In this document: positions 44,437 to 51,750 of the stretch, piece after piece | How positions within the stretch are numbered: the stretch's first letter is position 1 | Layout: every line of letters starts with the position of its first letter | Origin: an uncultured Thermomicrobiales bacterium | GTDB taxonomy: Bacteria; Chloroflexota; Chloroflexia; Thermomicrobiales; UBA6265 | Reading direction: 5' to 3' | Assembly (NCBI GenBank): GCA_902806405.1 | Contig: CADCWL010000001.1 | Location: 96,029-160,028 of the forward strand | Length of the DNA: 64,000 nucleotides | Notes under the pieces: generated by a model | Seen by the model: the letters and a program-made list of their open reading frames with translations, nothing else | Told to the model about the DNA's origin: nothing | The model's database searches: none | Position numbers and translations under genes: made by a program

Positions 44437-44974
44437 CCGCTCGCTCCGTCCCGCTTCTTTGGCACGTCGGCAAGGTCGACGTGCCGTCGTCGACCTTCAG
44501 TCACCCTCACCATCTCCGTACCTGCCGACGCGATTCTCGCACGCGCCCATGCCGCCGCCACGATCGGTCCGCAGGCCACCCCGATTGCTCCCGGGGGCAC
44601 GCCCGAATCCTCCAACCTCCACGGTTCCGCCTGGCACGAGACACGCCGACGAGCCGTCAGTCGGCCAGCAGCGGCTGGTCGCAGCAGACAATCCGGGTCA
44701 CGGCGCGAGCGTTCGGACTCCGTTCTGCCCAGGAGGGATGGACGCCGACTCAATCTGGAACTAGTGCCTGCTGCTGCGGGAGCGGAACGAAGGCCGCCGC
44801 GCCTCGATTCGAGGATCCGTCGTGATCGGACCTGTCGAGATCGACGGGGCGACGTTCTGTCTGCTCTAGGTCGACAGCCGAGAACAAGCCGTCCGGGCAG
44901 TCCGGCCGGCGTCCCACCCCGACGGTCCTCCACGAACCCATCACCTACCCCATCGGTTTCGCCGTCGATCACGC

Positions 44975-46480
44975 TCACCCGGCAGCCGCGATTAAGTCGT
45001 CGGCGATCTTGGCAGACGAGAGGACGCCGGGCAGTCCGGCCCCCGGGTGCGTCCCGGCCCCCACGAAGTAGAGGTTCGGCAGCTCCTCGGAGCGGTTGTG
45101 GGGGCGGAACCAGGCCGATTGCGTCAGGACGGGCTCCACCGAGAATGCGGAGCCAAGGTAGGAATTGAGCGTGTCCCGGAAGTGGCGCGGATCGATCATG
45201 TGCTCCGTCACGATGTGCTTGGAGAGGTCCGGGAGGTAGTGGTCTTCCAGGTACTTGATGATCCGGTCGCGGTACGGCTTCGCCTCGAGCGCCCAGTCGG
45301 AGCGTCCGCCGAGGTGCGGCACAGGGGCCAAGACGTAGAACGCCTCGCACCCGGCCGGCGCCAGGGACGGATCGGTCATCGTCGGCGCGTGGAGGTAGAG
45401 GGAGAAGTCCTCCGCCAACCGTTTCGTGGTGAAAATGTCGGCCAGGAGCGGACCATACCGGGGGCCGAGGATGATGTCGTGGTGGGCAAGCGACGGCCCG
45501 TCGCTGCCCCGATACTGCCGGTCGGTGCCGAAGTAGATGACGACGAGCGACATCGAATAGCGCATCCGCGCCAACTTCCGATCGGTGTACTTGCGCCGCG
45601 CCGCCGTCGGGAGCAGCCGCTCGTAGGCGCCGGCGACTTCCGCGTTACAGACCACGACGTCGGCGGGCAGCTCTTTCCCGTCCGTCAACCGAACGCCGGT
45701 CGCCTTGCCGCCGGCGGTCAGAATCTCGCCGACTTCGGTGTCGAGGCAGACCCGCCCGCCGAGCTCCCCAAAGAGCCGAACGAGGGCATCGACGACCGCG
45801 CCGGTGCCGCCGAGCGCGAACCAGACGCCCCAGTGCCGCTCCAGGAAGTGGATGAGGGTGTAGATGCTCGTTGTCTGGAAGGGGTTGCCGCCGACGAGGA
45901 GGGGGTGGAAGGAGAGCACCTGACGGAGGCGCTCATCCTTCACGAAGCGGGAGACGAAGCCGTAGACGCTGCGGTAGCTTTCCAGCCGGACCAGGTCGGG
46001 AGCGACTTTGAGCATGTCCGTCACGTGCAGGAACGGTCGACCGGCCAGCTCGGTGAAGCCCTTGTCGAAGATCCGCTCGGTGCGCCGCACGAACTCCAGG
46101 TAGCCGTCGCCGTCGGCCGGCTCGCCGCTGACGCGGCCCACCTCGGCCAGCATGCGGTCGCTGTCGCCGCTGTAGTCGAAGTGGTCTCCGTCCGGGAAGA
46201 AGATCCGGTAGAAGGGGTCGACGGGAACCATCGTCACGTAGTCGTCGGCCCGCCGCCCGGCGAGATCGAACAGCTCGGTGATCAGCCAGGGGGCGGTGAT
46301 CACCGTCGGCCCGCCGTCGAACGTGAAGCCGTCCTGGCGGTAGACGTAGGCGCGCCCCCCGGGCTGATCCCGTTTGTCGAGCAGCGTTACGTCGTGCCCG
46401 CGCGCCGCGAGGCGGACAGCCGCGGCGAGCCCCCCGAACCCACTGCCGATGACGACGATCCGCTGCGACTTCTCGTCCAT
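44975..46480 (-). CDS. crtI: Phytoene desaturase (CrtI family)
   Basis: RIVVIGSGFGGLAAAVRLAARGHDVTLLDKRDQPGGRAYVYRQDGFTFDGGPTVIT and C-terminal FVGAGTHPGAGLPGVLSSAK. Confidence 0.9.
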   Translation of the reverse strand: MDEKSQRIVVIGSGFGGLAAAVRLAARGHDVTLLDKRDQPGGRAYVYRQDGFTFDGGPTVITAPWLITELFDLAGRRADDYVTMVPVDPFYRIFFPDGDHFDYSGDSDRMLAEVGRVSGEPADGDGYLEFVRRTERIFDKGFTELAGRPFLHVTDMLKVAPDLVRLESYRSVYGFVSRFVKDERLRQVLSFHPLLVGGNPFQTTSIYTLIHFLERHWGVWFALGGTGAVVDALVRLFGELGGRVCLDTEVGEILTAGGKATGVRLTDGKELPADVVVCNAEVAGAYERLLPTAARRKYTDRKLARMRYSMSLVVIYFGTDRQYRGSDGPSLAHHDIILGPRYGPLLADIFTTKRLAEDFSLYLHAPTMTDPSLAPAGCEAFYVLAPVPHLGGRSDWALEAKPYRDRIIKYLEDHYLPDLSKHIVTEHMIDPRHFRDTLNSYLGSAFSVEPVLTQSAWFRPHNRSEELPNLYFVGAGTHPGAGLPGVLSSAKIADDLIAAAG

Positions 46481-46584
46481 TTTCCGTCCGACGGCACGCG
46501 CAATTGACCCACCGGCGACACCGCGAAGGGTCGCATCGTTGGGTTGAAGGATAGCGGTCGCCGTCGGCGCGCACGGTGCCGAAG

Positions 46585-46908
46585 TTACAGCGGCGCGGAG
46601 AGGAGATCCGGCCGGTGCGTCGGGAGCGGGGTGCGATCGAGGAGTTCAACCGCCTCGACGGCGAGACCGGGTTTACCGGTCAGTTCCAGAACGGCATCGA
46701 CCAGGCGGCGACGGGCGCCCTCCAGGTCCGGGTAGGTCCTGCTTCCGCCAAGCACCTTCCGCCGGCCGAGCTCTTCGTAGCGGCCCCAGAGAACGAGCCA
46801 ACCGGTCTGCACCGGGTAGAACTCGACGAAACGGCTATGGTCGATCCAAGCGAACGCCGCACCGGCCGCGGCACCCGACGTTGCGGGTTCGGCCGTCCGA
46901 TCGCCCAC
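46585..46908 (-). CDS. Small hypothetical protein with WGR-like motif
   Basis: GTG 46908 lies 8 nt after the upstream permease stop. FVEFYPVQTGWLVLWGRYEELGRRKVLGGSRTYPDLEGARRRLVDAVLELTGKPG resembles the WGR-domain pattern (WGRxG...beta-alpha). Weak call. Confidence 0.4.
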   Translation of the reverse strand: MGDRTAEPATSGAAAGAAFAWIDHSRFVEFYPVQTGWLVLWGRYEELGRRKVLGGSRTYPDLEGARRRLVDAVLELTGKPGLAVEAVELLDRTPLPTHRPDLLSAPL

Positions 46909-46915
46909 CGGGCCC

Positions 46916-47935
46916 CTACTGCGTCTTGCGCGGGTCGAGCGCGTCGCGAAGGCCGTCGCCAACGTAGTTGATCGCCAGCACGGTCAAAAAGATCATCGCG
47001 CCGGGGAAGAGGGCCATGTGGGGGGCAAACTCGACGTTGTCTTTACCGTCGAGCAGCATGCTGCCCCAGGTCGGCACGTCGGAGGTGAAGCCGAGTCCGA
47101 GAAAGGAGAGGGCCGACTCGGTGATGATTGCCGCGCCGACGCCGAGTGTGGCAGCGACGATGATTGGGCTCATCACGTTCGGCAGAATGTGCCGGAACAT
47201 GAGCATCGAGCGGGTCGCCCCGATCGACCGTGCCGACTCGACGAACTCTTTCTCCTTCATCGAGAGAAAGCTGGCGCGAACGAGCCGCGCCGTTGGCATC
47301 CAGTTCAGGAGGCCAATCACGAACACGATCAAGATAAAGACCCCGACCGTGCCGTCGCCCGTCCGATCCTCGAAGAAGTTGTAGAAGGCGTCTTTATAAA
47401 GGAAGCTGATTACCAGCAGCAGCGGCACCTGCGGCAGGCTGATGAACAGGTCTGTCAGGCGCATGAGAGCACTATCGGTGACGCCGCCGAAGAAACCGGC
47501 GAGGGCCCCGATCGCGGTGCCGACGACGATGGCGACAGCGGCGGCGACGAGACCAACCCCGATCGAGATCCGGCCGCCCCAGAGCACCCGAGCGAGCAAA
47601 TCCTGCCCGAGGGCGTCGGTACCGAAGGGGTGGGCCAGCGACGGCGCCGCCATCGTCGCCATGAAGTCGAGTTCGTCGATCTCCAGGGGATAGATCGCGG
47701 TTCCGCCAAACGTGGCCAGCACCAGGAAGCCGAACACGACCAGGCCCGCCATAGCCAGACGGTGGTGGCGAAACTGGCGCCACGCATTGCCCCACAACGA
47801 TCGTTGCTTCCGCTGGCGGAGCGTGATCGCCTCGCCGCGGCGGCCGGTCTCCTGCTCCACCGGGGCCGCCAGCCGGCCGTCGAACGGGCTGGCGGCCGAG
47901 CCGGCCGCAACGTTGACCTCAGCTTGCTGCGACAT
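46916..47935 (-). CDS. ABC peptide/nickel-type transporter permease (DppC/OppC-like)
   Basis: Start ATG 47935, 5 nt after GGGGGA. LAHPFGTDALGQDLLARVLWGGRISIGVGL and ARSIGATRSMLMFRHILPN (EAA loop). Confidence 0.9.
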   Translation of the reverse strand: MSQQAEVNVAAGSAASPFDGRLAAPVEQETGRRGEAITLRQRKQRSLWGNAWRQFRHHRLAMAGLVVFGFLVLATFGGTAIYPLEIDELDFMATMAAPSLAHPFGTDALGQDLLARVLWGGRISIGVGLVAAAVAIVVGTAIGALAGFFGGVTDSALMRLTDLFISLPQVPLLLVISFLYKDAFYNFFEDRTGDGTVGVFILIVFVIGLLNWMPTARLVRASFLSMKEKEFVESARSIGATRSMLMFRHILPNVMSPIIVAATLGVGAAIITESALSFLGLGFTSDVPTWGSMLLDGKDNVEFAPHMALFPGAMIFLTVLAINYVGDGLRDALDPRKTQ

Positions 47936-48055
47936 GATCGTCCCCCAAGACGTACGGAAGTCGGTGGTCGTCACGTCGGCGCCAGCACCCGCGGTCCGCT
48001 CGGCGCTGGCGGCATCGGCACGCACAGGAACCCGGCATCGCGATCGTCCGGGATC

Positions 48056-49000
48056 CTAGGAGTATCTGATCCGCGGGTCGAGGACGGCGTAGAGAACATC
48101 GGCCACCACATTGAAGACGACGACCAGGATCGCGACGCCGAAGGTGATGCCCATCACCACCGGCACGTCCTTCCCCTGGATGCCGGAGATGAGGCCGCTG
48201 CCGATACCGGGGATGCGGAAGATCTGCTCGGTAATGATCGCGCCGCCGAAGATCTCGGGGATCTGGATTGCGATGATGGTGATCACCGGGATCATCGCGT
48301 TCCGCATCGCGTGGAGCACGACGACGGTCTGCTCGCGAAGCCCCTTCGCCCGGGCCGTGCGGACGTAATCCTGGTTGATCGTCTCCAGCATCGAGGCCCG
48401 CACGAAGCGCGTCAGCTGGGCGGCGCCCGCCAGACCAAGCACGGTGATCGGCATGATCGACTGCCTCATGTTCGGCCAGAAGCCGCTCACCTGCGAGTCG
48501 AACACAAACGGCAGCCAGCCGAGCCAGACGCTGAAGACGATGATCAGGAGAAGCCCGGAGAAGAACGTGGGGATGCTGAAACCAATGAACGCAAAGGTCG
48601 TGGATAACTGGTCAAAGAGTGAGTATTGCTTTAAAGCGGAGATAACGCCCACCGGGATCGCGATCGCGATCCCGAGCAGGAACGCGGTGCCGACGATGCC
48701 GAGCGTGACCGGAATCCGGCTAAAGATGTAGTCACGGGCCGGGATCTTCTTGTCGTATGACTGGCCCCAATCACCCCGCGCGAAGGCACTGGCCCACTTC
48801 ACGTACTGGATATGGACGGGCTGATCCAGCCCCATGGTGGCGCGGATCCGCTCCCGCAGCTCCGGCGGGACATTCGGATTGGAGGCGAAGCCGGAGAGCG
48901 GATCACCTGGGGCCACAGCCAGGATGCCAAAAACGACCATGCTGATCGCGACCAGGGAGAAGATCGAGATGATGGTCCGGCGGATCAGGTAACGACCCAT
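48056..49000 (-). CDS. ABC peptide/nickel-type transporter permease (DppB/OppB-like)
   Basis: Start ATG 49000 (MGRYLIRRTIISIFSLVAISMVVFGILAVAPGDP). YVRTARAKGLREQTVVVLHAMRNA EAA loop. Confidence 0.9.
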   Translation of the reverse strand: MGRYLIRRTIISIFSLVAISMVVFGILAVAPGDPLSGFASNPNVPPELRERIRATMGLDQPVHIQYVKWASAFARGDWGQSYDKKIPARDYIFSRIPVTLGIVGTAFLLGIAIAIPVGVISALKQYSLFDQLSTTFAFIGFSIPTFFSGLLLIIVFSVWLGWLPFVFDSQVSGFWPNMRQSIMPITVLGLAGAAQLTRFVRASMLETINQDYVRTARAKGLREQTVVVLHAMRNAMIPVITIIAIQIPEIFGGAIITEQIFRIPGIGSGLISGIQGKDVPVVMGITFGVAILVVVFNVVADVLYAVLDPRIRYS

Positions 49001-49220
49001 TGAAAATCCTTTGGGCAGGCTGCGGGATGCCAAGGATTGAAAAGGCCTGCGGGGGCGGGGACGGCCGATCATCGGCCGAAACGTGCCACCCGGCGGACAA
49101 CGGCCAGGGACCCATCTGCGCTCTGGTTCGAACCCTTACGGAACGCGGCTATCGTACGTGGCGTCCCCGCGGGGTGTCAAGCCAACGGTCGAGACCATCG
49201 ACGGGCTGGTTAAACGCAAG

Positions 49221-49242
49221 GACCCGGACCGAGGTCCGGGTC
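49221..49242 (-). terminator. Hairpin after the low-complexity lipoprotein gene
   Basis: GACCCGGACC-GA-GGTCCGGGTC (about 8 bp effective stem) 50 nt after the stop at 49292. On the minus strand it is followed, 3 nt later, by GCGTTTAAC. Confidence 0.5.
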
Positions 49243-49291
49243 CCGCGCATTCTGTCGCGCCTCGCAATCCCAGGGGCCAGCCCGATGCGGA

Positions 49292-49738
49292 CTAGGCCGC
49301 GGGAGTGGCCGCAACGGCCGCCGGGGAGGCAGCCGGCGACGCGGCGGCACCGGCCGCCGCCGGTGATGCGGCGCCACCAGCCGCCGCCGGCGATGCGGCG
49401 CCACCAGCCGCGGGCGAGGCGGCGGCACCAGCTGCCGGCGACGCCGCCCCAACCGGGGAGGCGGCTGCACCGCTCGGCGATGCCGCGGGGGAGGCCGCCT
49501 GTGAGGTCGTCGAGGTGGTACCGCCGCCCGAGGTCGTCTCGGTCGCCTCCTCGTCGGCGGCCCCACCCTCGCCACCACCCGCCTCCTGCTCGTCCTCGCC
49601 ACCGCAGGCCTGAAGCAAGGTCAGGACGAGCGGCGCCGAGACGGCGAGGGCGACCGTCCGCCGCACCAAGAAGCGGCGGGAAACCGCGCCCGCGGTCACC
49701 GCCTGCTCCGCGTTCTCGAGGTTGTCACCCGATGCCAT
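49292..49738 (-). CDS. Tat-signal lipoprotein consisting almost entirely of Ala/Ser/Pro/Gly low-complexity sequence
   Basis: Start ATG 49738, 7 nt after GGAGGA. SRRFLVRR twin-arginine motif, lipobox LLQAC, then EDEQEAGGGEGG...AASPAAGGAASPAAAGGAASPAAAG... to the stop. 148 aa with no globular domain. Confidence 0.65.
   Translation of the reverse strand: MASGDNLENAEQAVTAGAVSRRFLVRRTVALAVSAPLVLTLLQACGGEDEQEAGGGEGGAADEEATETTSGGGTTSTTSQAASPAASPSGAAASPVGAASPAAGAAASPAAGGAASPAAAGGAASPAAAGAAASPAASPAAVAATPAA
49354..49407. repeat. 27-bp tandem duplication inside the lipoprotein gene
   Basis: CCGCCGCCGGTGATGCGGCGCCACCAG (49354-49380) followed by CCGCCGCCGGCGATGCGGCGCCACCAG (49381-49407), one mismatch. 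Degenerate copies flank it. Confidence 0.9.
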
Positions 49739-50280
49739 CCGTCGATCCTCCCCCTCGCCGCGCTGTGCGCGGTCGCCGTCCCGGTTCAACGTGCCGAATC
49801 TCGATCGCCCTGATATCCATTCCGTCGTCGCGGTCCCGCTGACAGGCGACGCGCCTTCGACCACCCCGGCGATGTTGTTGCCGGGGTCGGGCGTGGCGAG
49901 TCGACCCTCGGGGGCGCGAACAGCCCCATTAGAGGTCTGCATCAGCGTCATCCCCCGACCCAGAAATCTCCAGGCCGGCCGACACCATGTGCTTCGGTTT
50001 GTCGGGCAGGGCAATCGCCAAGCGCACCATAGGGCAGAGCGATATAGCCCGGCCGATTGTAGCGGCCCGTTGCCGGGGGCGTCAAGGCAGGCTACCAGCC
50101 CCTTATTCGGCGGCGCGCGCCGAGCGGTGTGCTAGACTGCACGGCTGTGTCCGGCACCGGGGATCTCTGCGCGCTCTTCTCCGCGTCCCGTGGTCCGGCC
50201 TGTGACTATCGGGCTGTGAGCGCGGCCCGGTTCCGATGGACGACCGTGACGGCGAATGAGTGAAGGGGCGGCTCCGGGAG

Positions 50281-50931
50281 ATGGACGATATCGTGTTCGC
50301 GGCCGAGCGGCGAAGCCTGCTCGGTAAGAAGGTCAAGCAGCTACGCCGCGGCGGACGGATCCCAGGGATCGTCTACGGCCCGATCGTGAGCGAGACGGTA
50401 CCGGTCACCGTGGACCGCCGCGACTTCGACCGTTTCTACCGCACCAACGGCCACGCGACGCTCTTCACGCTCAGGTGGGACGGCGGCGAGGAGACGGTCT
50501 ACATCCACGACGTCCAGGAGGACGCGATCCGCCGCGCTCCCCTCCACGTGGAGTTCTTCGCGCCGAACCTGCGAAAATCTCTCCGGACCCTGGTTCCCCT
50601 CGTCCTCCACCACCCGAACCCCGATGCGGAAGGCGTGCTCACCCAGGTGCGAGCGGAGGTCGAGGTCGAGGGCCTGCCGCGGAGTATCCCGTCGCAGATC
50701 AACGCCGACATCTCCGGTCTGGCAGCGATTGGCGACGGCTTGCACGTCTCCGATCTGACCATGCCGGAAGGGATCACCGCGATCACAGACGGTGAGGAAC
50801 TCCTGGTCCACCTCGTCGCCGAGACCGCAGAGGAGCCGGAGACCGCCGGGGAGGCGGCCGAAGGCGCGGAGACGGCAGTCGACGCGGATGCGTCAGCAGA
50901 CGCATCCGATAGTGGCGACGCATCGGACTGA
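50281..50931 (+). CDS. rplY: Ribosomal protein L25 / general stress protein Ctc (long form)
   Basis: RRSLLGKKVKQLRRGGRIPGIVYG, ATLFTL, VYIHDVQEDAIRRAPLHVEF, acidic C-terminal tail. Start is ATG 50281 or GTG 50260. Confidence 0.9.
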   Translation: MDDIVFAAERRSLLGKKVKQLRRGGRIPGIVYGPIVSETVPVTVDRRDFDRFYRTNGHATLFTLRWDGGEETVYIHDVQEDAIRRAPLHVEFFAPNLRKSLRTLVPLVLHHPNPDAEGVLTQVRAEVEVEGLPRSIPSQINADISGLAAIGDGLHVSDLTMPEGITAITDGEELLVHLVAETAEEPETAGEAAEGAETAVDADASADASDSGDASD

Positions 50932-50953
50932 CGGTCCCTGCTCATCCACAAGC

Positions 50954-50989
50954 GACGGGCCCGGCTTAGAGCCGGGCCCGTCCCTTTTT
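50954..50989 (+). terminator. Rho-independent terminator after rplY
   Basis: GACGGGCCCGGC-ttaga-GCCGGGCCCGTC (12-bp perfect stem), followed by CCTTTTTG. Confidence 0.85.
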
Positions 50990-51128
50990 GCCCTCGGCGC
51001 GAGCCGTTGGTGCTCGCTCCGTTCCTGGTCGTCTCGGGCTTTGGTTGGGCGTGACGGGGACAACTTTCGCGTCGCCCGTACGCGACGATGAACGTCGCCC
51101 CGCATTGCAGGTGGACGTTAAACGCGAC

Positions 51129-51156
51129 GGGGGCCGGTCCCGAAGGACCGGCCCCC
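51129..51156 (-). terminator. 12-bp GC hairpin with UUCG tetraloop ending the micro-ORF unit
   Basis: GGGGGCCGGTCC-cgaa-GGACCGGCCCCC (loop reads UUCG on the minus strand). Followed on the minus strand, 3 nt later, by GCGTTTAAC. Confidence 0.6.
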
Positions 51157-51184
51157 ACCGCCTGGGCGTCGCTGCTGGCGTGGG

Positions 51185-51235
51185 CTAGAAGCCCACGACC
51201 TCCACCGCGACGCCCATTCGACCGTGACTACTCAT
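51185..51235 (-). CDS. 16-codon micro-ORF (MSSHGRMGVAVEVVGF) behind a 12-nt anti-16S-complementary SD; may instead be part of a structured sRNA
   Basis: AAAGGAGGTGAT (minus strand, 51252-51241), 5 nt, then ATG 51235. TAG stop at 51187-51185. It has its own promoter-like element and hairpin terminator. Confidence 0.3.
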   Translation of the reverse strand: MSSHGRMGVAVEVVGF

Positions 51236-51321
51236 GGGCATCACCTCCTTTACCCTGCTCGGACTTCTCTCGGAGATCCGATGCTCGATCTCGGTGGCGT
51301 TTCCCCCTCGACCGTGCGTGA

Positions 51322-51350
51322 ACAGTATCACGATCGCCGTGGGGCGTCAA
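51322..51350 (-). promoter_or_regulatory. Candidate promoter of the micro-ORF/sRNA unit
   Basis: Minus strand TTGACG (51350-51345), a 17-nt spacer, then TACTGT (51327-51322), about 85 nt upstream of the micro-ORF ATG and 55 nt downstream of the LysM gene stop. Confidence 0.4.
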
Positions 51351-51404
51351 GGTTCCCCGTTCGGTTCCTTTCCTGAATGCCGGGATCACCCGTCGGCGAC
51401 CGGT

Positions 51405-51737
51405 CTACGGCTCGACGACCGGGATCACCAGCCGTTGTCCGATCACGAGACGGTTCGCGTCCGTCAGGTCGTTCGCGGCCTGGAGCGCACCCTCGGCAAC
51501 CCCAAAGCGGGCGGCGATCCCCGACAGCGTGTCGCCCTCTCGGACGACGTACATCTGCTCCGGAATCTCGCCCCCGGCGGCAGCCGGGGTGGCCGGCGTC
51601 GGCGTCACGATCACTAGCTCGTCGCCGGCGGGGGTAGGCCGCACATCGGACTCGACCCCGCCGCAGGCGACCAGCGCCAGCACCGCGGGCAGCAGCGTCG
51701 TCCCGACTGCGGCCCACCCCCTGCCCAGCGCCTTCAC
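51405..51737 (-). CDS. LysM-domain lipoprotein
   Basis: Lipobox LALVACGG, Pro/Thr linker, then LysM YVVREGDTLSGIAARFGVAEGALQAANDLTDANRLVIGQRLVIP. Start placed at GTG 51737, 13 nt after the upstream stop. ATG 51815 would overlap the nitrilase-family gene. Confidence 0.75.
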   Translation of the reverse strand: MKALGRGWAAVGTTLLPAVLALVACGGVESDVRPTPAGDELVIVTPTPATPAAAGGEIPEQMYVVREGDTLSGIAARFGVAEGALQAANDLTDANRLVIGQRLVIPVVEP

Positions 51738-51750
51738 CGGCGCGTGTTGG

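Noticed and set aside
49125-49135. GGTTCGAACCC, resembling a tRNA T-loop
   Set aside because: The flanking bases cannot form a T-stem, acceptor stem or anticodon arm on either strand. No tRNA cloverleaf could be built.
49305-49500. Repetitive GC-rich DNA, considered as a CRISPR-like or non-coding repeat array
   Set aside because: The repeats are contiguous 27-bp in-frame units with no spacers. They encode the AASPAAGG low-complexity tract of a lipoprotein with a proper signal peptide and SD.
49739-50014. 92-aa N-terminal extension of the lipoprotein ORF, also considered as a riboswitch-like leader (B12 or TPP)
   Set aside because: A strong SD and ATG at 49738 precede a normal Tat signal. 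No B12-box or TPP (CTGAGA ... ACCTGATC) core motifs are present.
50893-51105. 70-aa basic minus-strand ORF downstream of the micro-ORF terminator
   Set aside because: It runs through the rplY terminator hairpin and into the rplY 3' end. It has no SD and an Arg/Pro-rich composition.
51241-51253. Plus-strand ATCACCTCCTTTA, identical to the 3' end of 16S rRNA
   Set aside because: The upstream sequence does not match the conserved 16S 3' domain (no GGTGCGGCTGG context). It is read more sensibly as a minus-strand Shine-Dalgarno.
51257-51271. Minus-strand GAGAGAAGTCCGAGC, resembling the RNase P RNA CR-I box (GAGGAAAGTCCGGGC)
   Set aside because: It has several mismatches. The other universally conserved RNase P regions are absent, and the available space (about 200 nt) is too small for RNase P RNA.
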